Shown: piece after piece, positions 8,958 through 17,501 of the stretch | Position numbering within the stretch: the first letter of the stretch is position 1 | How the letters are laid out: the number at the start of each line of letters is the position of its first letter | Source: Mycobacteriales bacterium | GTDB lineage: Bacteria; Actinomycetota; Actinomycetes; DATLTS01 | DNA: 64,000 nt | Reading direction: 5' to 3' | Assembly (NCBI GenBank): GCA_035533475.1 | Contig: DATLTS010000035.1 | Location: 82,507 to 146,506, forward strand | The notes under the pieces: generated by a model | What the model was told of the DNA's origin: nothing | The model's input: only the letters and a program-made list of their open reading frames with translations | Databases searched by the model: none | Program-made: the position numbers and the translations under genes

Positions 8958-9644
8958 CTAACTCGGACGGCTCCCTCCTCTGCCGCGCCGGGCGTTCGTT
9001 CGACGCTCCGGCTTAGCGAGTCGTTCTTGGGTGATGTCGATGGTCGTTCGCCGCTCTCTCCCAGAGCGTCGGTCCGACCGGGAAGGGCGACCGGCAGCCG
9101 GGGGTCCGTCGCCGAAATGCCGGACGAGGGGCAAGAGGCGCGCCGTAGGAGCGCCAACGTCGACTGCTGCCCACCCGCGGCTGTCAGGGGGGGCACCAAA
9201 GATCGCCCAGACGACCCCGTCGACGTCGGGCGCTTCGACAAGGCCACCTCGCGTGAATTGCCCGCGGGCGCCTCCTGGACGGAGAGCCGCTGAGGGGGCC
9301 TCGATGGCGTCTGCTCCGGCAGCGCGTAGCCGTCTCGCCTCATCTTGGCAGCTTGCGTACGTGTCAGTCCCGCCAAGGAGGATGTGTTCCGGAAGTTGCG
9401 GCTCGACAGCGTCGCCGATTTCTACGGGCAGTTGCACCGCCCAGATCCGGCGAATGATGCCTGCAAGGTCGGCCGGCTCCGTGATCTCCTCGTGGCGAAG
9501 AAATTCGGCCCATGCGCCGTCTGGGGTATCAGCGAGATATTGAACAGGACCGTCGCCTGCCGCGTGCCATCGCGCCGATGGCTGACCAGTGGACTCCCAG
9601 AAAAAGGGGAAGCGCGCGTCACTGTGCCGGAAGCCGATCGCCAT
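8958..9644 (-). CDS. RES-domain toxin (RES-Xre type II toxin-antitoxin family; MbcT-like)
   Basis: N-terminal 150 aa with RES-domain hallmarks (..ARWHAAGDGPVQYLADTPDGAWAEFLRHEE.., conserved R, E, S positions). Start ATG overlaps the antitoxin stop (TGATG). Arg-rich C-terminal tail of uncertain reality. Confidence 0.75.
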   Translation of the reverse strand: MAIGFRHSDARFPFFWESTGQPSARWHAAGDGPVQYLADTPDGAWAEFLRHEEITEPADLAGIIRRIWAVQLPVEIGDAVEPQLPEHILLGGTDTYASCQDEARRLRAAGADAIEAPSAALRPGGARGQFTRGGLVEAPDVDGVVWAIFGAPPDSRGWAAVDVGAPTARLLPLVRHFGDGPPAAGRPSRSDRRSGRERRTTIDITQERLAKPERRTNARRGRGGSRPS

Positions 9645-10252
9645 CAGGTGGCGCCGGCGCCAACCAGCCCCGCAGCGAGATCCCGCAACCGTTGTGTGTC
9701 ACCACTGTCAGCGTCAAAGCTGGTGCCGAGTAGGTCGCGTGGAGACCGCCCGTCCAGTCTCGCTCTCGGTCGATCGAACCAACGGCGGATGCCGTAGTCG
9801 TTGTAGGCGCCAGACAGGTCCGCGATGAGGAGTGCGAGATAGTGAAGCTGCGTAGCGACCTGGTCGGGTGTCGTGCGCGTGCCAGTGGCATAGCGGCGAA
9901 GTGAACTCGGTGATATCCCGACGAGATCTGCGAGGAGCCCCTCTCCCAACGTTTCAATGAGCGGGGCCCATTCACTCGTGGGCAGCGGGGACTGCTCGGT
10001 CTGCTCGAGCGCCGCGTCCAGCAGGGTGAGGTAGTCATCAGGGCCGCTGGCCCGTTGGAGCAACAGCCTGGACTTTTGGCCGACTCCAGCCTCGGAGAGC
10101 TTCGTGAACGCGAGAAGCAAGAGTGCTCGGTCGAGCTCGAGCGGCCCCTCAAGGCCCGGGAGGAGTCCGAAGTAATGGATGCGCGAGATCAATCGAGCGG
10201 CCGCGCTGCCGACGGCCGGATCTACGGATAGTGGCTCGCTAATGGACAGAAT
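9644..10252 (-). CDS. Xre-family antitoxin with HTH and C-terminal DUF2384 domain (MbcA/ParS-like)
   Basis: HTH 'LVGISPSSLRRYATGTRTTPDQVATQLHYLALL'. DUF2384-like 'YGIRRWFDRPRARLDGRSPRDLLG'. Start uncertain (no in-frame ATG; GTG ~10252 proposed). Upstream part of the listed ORF (to 10444) overlaps the repeat. Confidence 0.7.
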   Translation of the reverse strand: MLSISEPLSVDPAVGSAAARLISRIHYFGLLPGLEGPLELDRALLLLAFTKLSEAGVGQKSRLLLQRASGPDDYLTLLDAALEQTEQSPLPTSEWAPLIETLGEGLLADLVGISPSSLRRYATGTRTTPDQVATQLHYLALLIADLSGAYNDYGIRRWFDRPRARLDGRSPRDLLGTSFDADSGDTQRLRDLAAGLVGAGAT

Positions 10253-10317
10253 CTGGATAGCTGGCACACCCAAAGTATGCCCGAAACGGATCCGCGAGAC
10301 AAGGTCCAGGTCCCTCG

Positions 10318-11370
10318 TCAGCTCGGCGACCTCTTTCGAGCCCGGCTCGGCTGGACGCGGGCCGGCTCCCCGGGCATCTTCGGGAAGTTCGGCGGGTACG
10401 GCGCCTCCCCCAAGCCGCGGTCCCGCTCGTCTCGCTCCGCCCACTCGAGCAACGGCTCCAGCGAGAACGCCACGTCGTCGATCCCGGCGTGCAGATCACC
10501 CAGCTCCGCGAAGCGCGCCGGCATCGTCGCCATCGTGAAGTCGGTCGTCTCACAGTCCGCCAGCTCGTCCCAGGTGACGGGCGCTGACACGGTCGCGTCG
10601 GGTCGAGCGCGGACGCTGTAGGCGCTGGCGATGGTCCGGTCACGGGCGTTCTGGTTGAAGTCGAGGAACACCTTCTCGCCTCGTTCCTCCTTCCACCACG
10701 ACGTGGTCACCGCGTCCGGAAGGCGGCGCTCGAGTTCGCGGCCGAAAGCCAGCGCGGCCCTCCGCACCACCGGAAACTCCCAACGCGGCTCGATCCGCAC
10801 GTAGACGTGTATCCCGCGATTGCCGGAAGTCTTCGGCCAGCCGGTGTAGCCCAGATCGGAAAGCACGGCCCGGACCTCTGCGGCCACGGTGCGAGCCTCC
10901 GCAAAAGACGTGCCAGGCTGAGGGTCGAGGTCTAGCCGCAGCTCGTCGGGATGCTCGGTGTCGCGCCGGCGGGCCGGCCACGGGTGGAAGTCGAGGGTCG
11001 CCAGGTTGGCGGCCCAGCAGACCGCCGCGACATCGGTGACGCACAGGGCATCCGCGTGCCGGCCCGAGGGGAAGCTCACCCGGGCGGTCTCGATCCATTC
11101 CGGCCGGTGCTCGGGCACCCGTTTCTGGTAGATCGGCTCGGTCCCGGCGCCGTCTGGGTGCCGCTTGAGATACGTCGGTCGCTCGAACAGGCCCCGGACC
11201 ACGCCGTCGCCGACGGCGAGGTAGTAATTCACCAGATCGATCTTGGTTTCCCCGCGAACCGGGAAGAGCACCTTGTCCGGGTTGCTCACTCGCACCGCGT
11301 GCCCCGCCGCCTCGACCTCGACCGCGGGCACCGGCATGACGCGGACGCTACCTTGCGCCGGCCCGGTCAC
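10318..11370 (-). CDS. ligD: Stand-alone LigD polymerase domain (NHEJ primase-polymerase PolDom/PrimPol-like)
   Basis: 350 aa; motifs 'LDLDP', 'GNRGIHVYVRI', 'DRTIASAYSVRAR' typical of LigD-Pol/archaeo-eukaryotic primase superfamily. No Ku or ligase domain nearby. Confidence 0.85.
   Translation of the reverse strand: MTGPAQGSVRVMPVPAVEVEAAGHAVRVSNPDKVLFPVRGETKIDLVNYYLAVGDGVVRGLFERPTYLKRHPDGAGTEPIYQKRVPEHRPEWIETARVSFPSGRHADALCVTDVAAVCWAANLATLDFHPWPARRRDTEHPDELRLDLDPQPGTSFAEARTVAAEVRAVLSDLGYTGWPKTSGNRGIHVYVRIEPRWEFPVVRRAALAFGRELERRLPDAVTTSWWKEERGEKVFLDFNQNARDRTIASAYSVRARPDATVSAPVTWDELADCETTDFTMATMPARFAELGDLHAGIDDVAFSLEPLLEWAERDERDRGLGEAPYPPNFPKMPGEPARVQPSRARKRSPS
10344..10646. repeat. Direct repeat copy 2 (3' end of intact ligD-pol gene)
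   Basis: See copy 1. Confidence 0.8.
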
Positions 11371-11449
11371 GGCCTGAATGAAATACCCCGCCGCCCGGGT
11401 GATTCACCCCTCCGGCTGGGTAAGAGCACCCTGACGGAAACGTTCCTGT

Positions 11450-12013
11450 GTGGAGGTGAGTTCGGTGCTCGCGCTGTCAAGACGGTTTGCTGGGTTGATG
11501 CTGCTGGTGCTCGGCGCCTGGGGCGCCGCCCTTCCCTACGTCGGGCCGCTGTTCGGCTACCGGATGGACGGCACACCGACCTTCACGACGGCACACTGGG
11601 AGCTAAACCTGCTCCCCGGGATCGGGGCTGCGCTGGCCGGGCTGATCCTCATCGTCACGGCCCGCTCGTCGAGCGGCCTCGGTGGGCTGCTCGCGATCGG
11701 CAGTGGCGCCTGGTTCGTTGTCGGCCCGCTGTTCGCCTCCACATGGCTCGCGAACGCCCAGACCCGGGTGGCATCGGGCCGGCTCTCGCAGACCCTGGCG
11801 CCGCTCGGTTACCACTACGGACTGGGTCTGTTGATCGTCGCGATCGGCGCCTGGGTACTCGGTCGCCTGCTCGTTCTCGCCCATCCGGTCGGTGACTACG
11901 CGCCGCCGTCGACTGCCACCGGACGGCGCCGGCACCGGCTCGGCCGCGGAGCGGCCGACGCACCGGACCCGACCGTCGCTGAACCGGAGATGGCACCCAC
12001 GACCACCCGCTAG
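11450..12013 (+). CDS. Hypothetical integral membrane protein (4-5 TM)
   Basis: GTG start, hydrophobic helices, Ala/Gly/Leu-rich. Confidence 0.5.
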   Translation: MEVSSVLALSRRFAGLMLLVLGAWGAALPYVGPLFGYRMDGTPTFTTAHWELNLLPGIGAALAGLILIVTARSSSGLGGLLAIGSGAWFVVGPLFASTWLANAQTRVASGRLSQTLAPLGYHYGLGLLIVAIGAWVLGRLLVLAHPVGDYAPPSTATGRRRHRLGRGAADAPDPTVAEPEMAPTTTR

Positions 12014-12086
12014 TGCGGGGACTACAGCCGAGCAGACGGACCGATTCCCGCCGGCGCCTGCTGGGGCGCCGGCGGCGCCGTTGAAG

Positions 12087-12800
12087 CTATGGCAAGGCGG
12101 CGACGAGATCGCGTAGCGGCTTGCGCACCCCGGTGTAGAAGGGAACCTCGATCCTGGTGTGGATCCGGGCCCGGGCCCCCCGCAGGTGGCGCATGAGGTC
12201 GACGATCCGGTGCAGCTCGTCCGCTTCGAAAGCGAGCATCCACTCGTAGTCGTTGAGCGCGAAACAGGCCACGGTGTTCGCCCGGACGTCCGGGTACTCG
12301 CGGGCCATCTTCCCGTGCTCCGCAAGCATTTCCTGACGCTCCGCGGGGTCGAGCAGGTACCAGTCGTAGGAGCGGACGAACGGATACACGCACAGGTAGC
12401 GCCGTGGCTCCTCATCGCGGAGGAACGCCGGGATGTGGCCCTTGTTGAACTCGGCGGGCCGGTGCAACGCCATCACCGACCACACCGCCTCGCTGGCCCG
12501 GCCGAGTGCGGTCTGCCGGAACCGGCCGTACACCTCCTGGAGTTCGTCCGGTCCCGGGGCGGTCCACCAGAACAGGTAGTCTGCGTCCGCCCGGTAGCCG
12601 GCTACGTCGTAGCTGCCGCGGGTCACGATGTCCTTGGTCGCGCACTGTTCGAGCAGCTGCGCCACCTCGTCGCTCACGCCATCGCGAGCCGCGTCGCCGA
12701 GGCGGCCAGTATCAGTGCGCGCCCGGAACACCGCATACATGGTGTAGCGCAACTCGTCGTTGAGCTCCCGGGCGGTTTTCGCTTGTCGGGTAGCTGCCAT
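12087..12800 (-). CDS. hemQ: Coproheme decarboxylase HemQ/ChdC (chlorite-dismutase-like)
   Basis: 'YTMYAVFR', 'WYLLD' motifs. Start may be the ATG at 12824 or 12800. Confidence 0.85.
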   Translation of the reverse strand: MAATRQAKTARELNDELRYTMYAVFRARTDTGRLGDAARDGVSDEVAQLLEQCATKDIVTRGSYDVAGYRADADYLFWWTAPGPDELQEVYGRFRQTALGRASEAVWSVMALHRPAEFNKGHIPAFLRDEEPRRYLCVYPFVRSYDWYLLDPAERQEMLAEHGKMAREYPDVRANTVACFALNDYEWMLAFEADELHRIVDLMRHLRGARARIHTRIEVPFYTGVRKPLRDLVAALP

Positions 12801-12866
12801 GGGGACATTGTCGCGTGCGTGCACGGAGGCGTCGGGCGCCGGTCCCCGGCGGCCAGCGGTCAGCGG

Positions 12867-14240
12867 TCAGCGGGGCATGACGGCCCGTCCGGCGGACCGG
12901 CCGGAACGGATGCAGGCCGCGATCCCGACCCCGTCATAGGCCGCCCCGCACACAGCGATACCGGATAGCCCCGCTAAACCGGCTCGGATCCGCGTCACCC
13001 GGTCCAGGTGACCCACGGTGTACTGCGGGAGAGCCCCGCCCCAGCGGCTGACCCGGCTCTCGACCGGCCGGGATGCCCCGATCGCAGCGGCCAGATCGTC
13101 CGCGGCCCCGGCGACGAGATCGGCGTCGTCGCGCTGAAGATCGCCGACGTCGCCGTAGCGGCCCACCGAGCATCGGATCACGGCCAGCTCGCCCGCTAGA
13201 TGCGCCCATTTCGCCGAGGCGAACGTCGCCGCCTTGATCAGGCGGTGGTCGACTGCCGGCACCAGGAAGCCGCTTCCGGTGGCCCGCGCGGCGGCCCCCT
13301 TGGGATAGGCGAGGGTGACGATCGCGACGCTGGCGTAGTCGATGCCTGCCACGCCCGCCGCCACCGAGGGGAAGAGGGGGCGTAACAGGCGTGCCGCCGG
13401 AGCCGCCGGAAGCGCGAGGATCACGGCGTCGGCGTCCAGTCGCTCCCCCCCGGCCGTGCCGTCACCGAGCACAAGTCGCCAGCCACCGTCGCTCGTGCGG
13501 GCCAGCTCCCGGACCGGGTGCCCGGTGCGCACGACGACCCCCTCGGCCGCGAGCCGGGCGCCCAGCACCGTCGGCAGGGCACCCAGCCCGCCGGCGAGGG
13601 TTGCGAACACGGGACCGGCGGACGGGGCGGCGGCCAGGCCGCGGCGAGCCGCCCGGACCAGCGATCCGCCCCGAGCGGCCGCCGCGGCGAGCGCGGGCAT
13701 CGTCGCCGCGACCGACAGCTCGTCGGCCCGACCGGCGTAGACGCCGCCGAGCAGCGGGTCAACCAGCCGCTCGACCACCTCGCGGCCCAGCCTGCGCCCG
13801 ACGAACGCCCCCACCGCCTGATCCGCCCCGAACCGCCCACCGGTTCGACCTAGATCGGCCATGGCGCGCAACAGACCGGGCCACGACAGAACGCGGCTGC
13901 GGCCCAGGGTGCGCAGATCGGCGGGGACACCGAGCAGGGTGCGGGCCGGCAACGCCCGAAGCCGGCCGCGGGTCCACACCCACGCCGACGCGGTTGCCGG
14001 GTAGGCGAGTCGGTCGCCCAGCCCGAGTTCGCGGACCAGCCCCACCGCGTCCGGCACCCGGGCAAGGAACGACTCTGCCCCCTCGTCGACCGCCCGGCCG
14101 GCGACCTCGGACGTCGCAAGCTTCCCGCCGAGCCGCCCGCTGGCTTCGACGACCGTGACCGCCGCATCGGCCCGCAGCTCCCAGGCCGCGGCCAGCCCGC
14201 TGATCCCGCCGCCCACGACGACGACGTGCGGTCGTGGCAC
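12867..14240 (-). CDS. hemY: Coproporphyrinogen/protoporphyrinogen oxidase HemY (CgoX), FAD-dependent
   Basis: N-terminal 'VVVGGGISGLAAAW' dinucleotide fold. Length 457 aa. Confidence 0.85.
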   Translation of the reverse strand: MPRPHVVVVGGGISGLAAAWELRADAAVTVVEASGRLGGKLATSEVAGRAVDEGAESFLARVPDAVGLVRELGLGDRLAYPATASAWVWTRGRLRALPARTLLGVPADLRTLGRSRVLSWPGLLRAMADLGRTGGRFGADQAVGAFVGRRLGREVVERLVDPLLGGVYAGRADELSVAATMPALAAAAARGGSLVRAARRGLAAAPSAGPVFATLAGGLGALPTVLGARLAAEGVVVRTGHPVRELARTSDGGWRLVLGDGTAGGERLDADAVILALPAAPAARLLRPLFPSVAAGVAGIDYASVAIVTLAYPKGAAARATGSGFLVPAVDHRLIKAATFASAKWAHLAGELAVIRCSVGRYGDVGDLQRDDADLVAGAADDLAAAIGASRPVESRVSRWGGALPQYTVGHLDRVTRIRAGLAGLSGIAVCGAAYDGVGIAACIRSGRSAGRAVMPR

Positions 14241-14241
14241 G

Positions 14242-15138
14242 TCAGCGGGCGAGCACGAGGTCGGCCAACCCGGCGATGACTCCTGGGTCGGTACCCACCG
14301 TGTGGGTCCGGGCGAAGGGCAGCCCGAGCTCTGCGGCCAGCCCCGCGGCCTCTATGTCCAGGTCGTAGGCGACCTCCAGATGATCGCTGACGAATCCGCA
14401 TGGGCAGGTGAGGAGGCCGGGGGCGCCCTGGACGGCCCGGTCCCGGACGACCGCTAGGATGTCCGGCCCCAGCCAGGCTTCAGCGGTGCGACCAGCCGAC
14501 TGCCACCCCACCGACCAGCTCGCCAAGCCGGCCCGCTCGGCGACTGCGGCGGCCGTCTCCGCCAGCTGCCCCGGGTAGAGGTCGCCGCTGTCGGCGATCC
14601 GGGCCGGCAGGGAGTGCGCCGTGAACACGACCTCCGCACCCGGCGGGAGCCCGGCCAGCGCCTCCCGGACCGCGGCCGCGAGAAAATCGAGGTAGGCCGG
14701 CAGCAGGTGCCACGACGGAATGGTCGTCACGTCGAGCCCGTGCATGCGCGCGGCCGCGGCCGCCCGGTCGGCATACTGGCCGACCGAGTACGCCGAGTAG
14801 TGGGGGGCGAGCACCACACCGACCATCCGGTCGACCCCGGCCGCGGCCAGCCCCGCGACCCCGTCCTCCACGCGCGGATCGGAATGCTTGCAGCCGAGAC
14901 TTACCCGGAATCCCGCCGGGCGACGGCGGTCGAGCTCGGCCTGCAATGCCGCGCACTGGGCCTCGGTCGCCGCCCGCAGCGGGAATGTGCCGCCGATCGC
15001 GTCGTAGCGGGCGACCAGGGCCGCGAGCAGGTCGCCCGGCGGCGGGGCTCCGCGGCGGATGTCGGTGTAATAGGCGGCGATGTCGGCCCGGTCGCGCGGG
15101 GTTCCGTAGGCCATGGCGAGAACGCCGACGCTCACCGG
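14242..15138 (-). CDS. hemH: Coproporphyrin ferrochelatase HemH (CpfC)
   Basis: 'FTAHSLP' and 'SWQS...GP' ferrochelatase motifs. GTG start overlapping hemE stop. Upstream part of the listed ORF is out of frame. Confidence 0.75.
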   Translation of the reverse strand, partial: PVSVGVLAMAYGTPRDRADIAAYYTDIRRGAPPPGDLLAALVARYDAIGGTFPLRAATEAQCAALQAELDRRRPAGFRVSLGCKHSDPRVEDGVAGLAAAGVDRMVGVVLAPHYSAYSVGQYADRAAAAARMHGLDVTTIPSWHLLPAYLDFLAAAVREALAGLPPGAEVVFTAHSLPARIADSGDLYPGQLAETAAAVAERAGLASWSVGWQSAGRTAEAWLGPDILAVVRDRAVQGAPGLLTCPCGFVSDHLEVAYDLDIEAAGLAAELGLPFARTHTVGTDPGVIAGLADLVLAR

Positions 15139-16148
15139 GCGGACTCCCGGTGAACCAGTTCGACGACCCGGGCCAGCCGGTCCGGGTCGGTGTCGGGGTG
15201 GACCCCGTGTCCGAGATTGAAGATGTGACCCTCGGCCCTCCGGCCGACCGCCAGCGTGTCTCGCACCCGGGCCTCGATCACCGGCCACGGCGCGAACAGC
15301 ACCGCCGGGTCGAGATTGCCCTGCACCGCCCGGCCCGGACCGATCCGCTTCGCCGCCTCGTCGAGCGGGACCCGCCAGTCGACCCCGACGACGTCGGCCC
15401 CCGCCCGGCCGAGCAAGCCGAGCAGCTCCCCGGTGCCGACACCGAAATGGATCCGCGGGACGTCCGCGACGGCGGCGAGGATCGCCGCGCTGTGCGGGAG
15501 CACGTAGCGTTCGTAATCTTCCGCGGCCAGCGCACCGACCCACGAGTCGAACAGCTGGATCGCCGATGCGCCGGCGTCGATCTGGACCCGCAGGAACGTC
15601 GAGGTCAGGGTCACCAGCCGCCGGCAAAGCTCATGCCAGGTGGCCTCGTCTCCATACATCAGCGCCTTTGTCCGGTCGTGGGTGCGCGATGGGCCCCCCT
15701 CGACCAGGTAGCTCGCCAGGGTGAACGGGCCGCCGGCGAACCCGATCAACGGTGTGCCGGACAGCTCGCCGACCAGCCCCCCCACCGCGGTGGACACCGG
15801 GGCCAGCGCTGCCGGGTCCAGTTCGGGCAGCGCGGCCACGTCGGTCGCGTCGCGGACGGGGTCGGCGACGACCGGGCCGACGCCGGGGGCGATGTCGAGG
15901 TCGACTCCGGCGGCCCGCAGCGGTAACACGATGTCGCTGAAAAGGATCGCGGCGTCCACCGGGTAGCGGCGAACCGGCTGAAGGGTGATCTCCATGATCA
16001 AGTCCGCGCGCAGGCAGGCCTGGAGCATCGGCACGCCCTCACGCAGGGCCCGGTACTCCGGCAGCGAACGGCCGGCCTGCCGCATGAACCACACCGGGGT
16101 GTGGTCGACCGGTTCACGGCGCGCGGCAGCGAGAAACGAACTGGGCAC
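15132..16148 (-). CDS. hemE: Uroporphyrinogen decarboxylase HemE
   Basis: '[10 protein letters not shown]' signature N-terminus; 338 aa. Confidence 0.9.
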   Translation of the reverse strand: MPSSFLAAARREPVDHTPVWFMRQAGRSLPEYRALREGVPMLQACLRADLIMEITLQPVRRYPVDAAILFSDIVLPLRAAGVDLDIAPGVGPVVADPVRDATDVAALPELDPAALAPVSTAVGGLVGELSGTPLIGFAGGPFTLASYLVEGGPSRTHDRTKALMYGDEATWHELCRRLVTLTSTFLRVQIDAGASAIQLFDSWVGALAAEDYERYVLPHSAAILAAVADVPRIHFGVGTGELLGLLGRAGADVVGVDWRVPLDEAAKRIGPGRAVQGNLDPAVLFAPWPVIEARVRDTLAVGRRAEGHIFNLGHGVHPDTDPDRLARVVELVHRESAR

Positions 16149-16311
16149 GACATCGATGTTCCCACGTCAGGACCGCGCCCGATGTTCCGCTGACCGTGAC
16201 GGGTGCCCGGGCCGGTCCATCCCCGGCGCGCCGCTCCCCCAGGTCGGCCCTCGACACGCCGGGGCCCGGTTCCCCGGAATTGTCGGGGCCGCGTGTCACC
16301 GTCAGGGCATG

Positions 16312-16482
16312 ACGCGAAACCGCTACTGCCCGGCCTGCCGCGACGAGCGCGAGTTCGAGCAGCCGCCGTGTCTTGACGGGCACTCGGACTGCCCCGAGTG
16401 GTCCTGCGTCGAGTGCGGGCATGCCGTGTTCGTGGGTTGGTTCGCCGATCAGGCACCAGCCCGGCGCTCTGCCGCCGCCTGA
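16312..16482 (+). CDS. Small zinc-ribbon protein (CPAC...CVEC), ~56 aa
   Basis: ATG start; four Cys in C-x2-C...C-x2-C arrangement. Upstream part of the listed 165-aa ORF looks non-coding. Confidence 0.45.
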   Translation, partial: TRNRYCPACRDEREFEQPPCLDGHSDCPEWSCVECGHAVFVGWFADQAPARRSAAA

Positions 16483-16515
16483 TCCGACCGGCCGGTCCGC
16501 CGGGAGCACGAGCCA

Positions 16516-17268
16516 GTGACGCGGGAATGGGACGCGCCCGGATATGACCGGGTGGCGGGCCCGCAGACCAGGTGGGGGGCCGCGGTTCTCGACCGGCTGC
16601 CTCTCGCCGGCGACGAGACCGTGCTCGACGCCGGATGCGGCACCGGCCGGGTGACCGAACGCCTCCTTGCCCGGCTCCCCCGCGGGCGGGTGGTGGCCCT
16701 CGACGCCTCCGCGGAGATGCTCGCCGAAGCCGGCCGGCGGCTGGCCCCGGCTGGCGATCGGCTGCGCCTCGTCGAGGCGGACCTGCTTGACCTCACGCCG
16801 GCCACATTGGAGCCGGATGCTCCGGTGGACGCAGTGTTCTCGACCGCGACGTTCCATTGGGTGACCGACCATGACCGGCTGTTCGCCAACCTCGCATCAG
16901 TACTCCGCCCCGGCGGGTCACTGATTGCCCAATGCGGAGCGGAAGGCAACATCGACGGGTTGTTGGCGGCGATCCGGTCGATAGGCGTCGAGCGCGTGGG
17001 GACCTGGGAGTACGCCTCGGTGGCGACAACCCGCCGCCGGCTTGCCGCTGCCGGCTTCGTGGACCTGGAGGTGTGGACCCATCCGGAGCCAACCCGGTTC
17101 GACCCGGGCGAGGCACTGGAGGGCTTCCTCGAGACGGTCTGCCTGCGCGAGCACCTCGCCGGGCTCCCGCCGGCGGACCGACAACCATTCGTCCGGGCGG
17201 TCGCCGCGGCGATGCCGGAGCCGGTCATCGACTACCTGCGGCTCAACATCACCGCCCGGCGCGGCTGA
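16516..17268 (+). CDS. Class I SAM-dependent methyltransferase (trans-aconitate methyltransferase-like)
   Basis: 'VLDAGCGTGRVT' SAM-binding motif I. Confidence 0.8.
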   Translation: MTREWDAPGYDRVAGPQTRWGAAVLDRLPLAGDETVLDAGCGTGRVTERLLARLPRGRVVALDASAEMLAEAGRRLAPAGDRLRLVEADLLDLTPATLEPDAPVDAVFSTATFHWVTDHDRLFANLASVLRPGGSLIAQCGAEGNIDGLLAAIRSIGVERVGTWEYASVATTRRRLAAAGFVDLEVWTHPEPTRFDPGEALEGFLETVCLREHLAGLPPADRQPFVRAVAAAMPEPVIDYLRLNITARRG

Positions 17269-17284
17269 CGGGCCCGGCGGGCCG

Positions 17285-17500
17285 GGCCGTCCCGTCGCCG
17301 GCGGCTGATCGAGCGCATCGAGTGGGGCCGTCCCGTCGCCGGCGGCTGGATCGAGCGCCGAGTGGGCGATCTGCCCGAGGCAAAGCGCCCACTCGACGAG
17401 TGGGCGATCAACACAACCGCCCACTCGGCGCCGGCGAGGGCCCGCGGGCGAGGCGAGGGCAACGGCAACGGCGAGGGCAACGGCAACGGCAAGGGCAGCC
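17285..17500. repeat. Convergent-intergenic repeat cluster: ~41-bp tandem duplication, two 9-bp-stem hairpins sharing the arm CGAGTGGGCG, and a (GGCAAC)n hexanucleotide microsatellite
   Basis: ggccgtcccgtcgccggcggctg[g]atcgagcgc occurs twice. gagtgggcg...cgcccactc occurs twice (17359-17395, 17397-17428). GGCAACGGCAACGGCGAGGGCAACGGCAACGGCAAGGGCAGC at 17455-17497. Confidence 0.7.
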
Positions 17501-17501
17501 G

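Noticed and set aside
8573-9376. 267-aa minus-strand ORF spanning RES gene and ligD fragment
   Set aside because: Chimeric: only its last ~100 codons are in the ligD frame; the rest is out of frame over the RES toxin gene.
14242-15627. 461-aa extent of the ferrochelatase ORF
   Set aside because: The N-terminal 160 codons overlap hemE out of frame. GTG at ~15138 gives the proper '[11 protein letters not shown]' ferrochelatase N-terminus.
16148-16312. Imperfect inverted repeats (gtgacgg / ccgtcac) upstream of the zinc-ribbon ORF
   Set aside because: Arms do not form a clean palindrome on inspection. Treated as ordinary promoter-region sequence.
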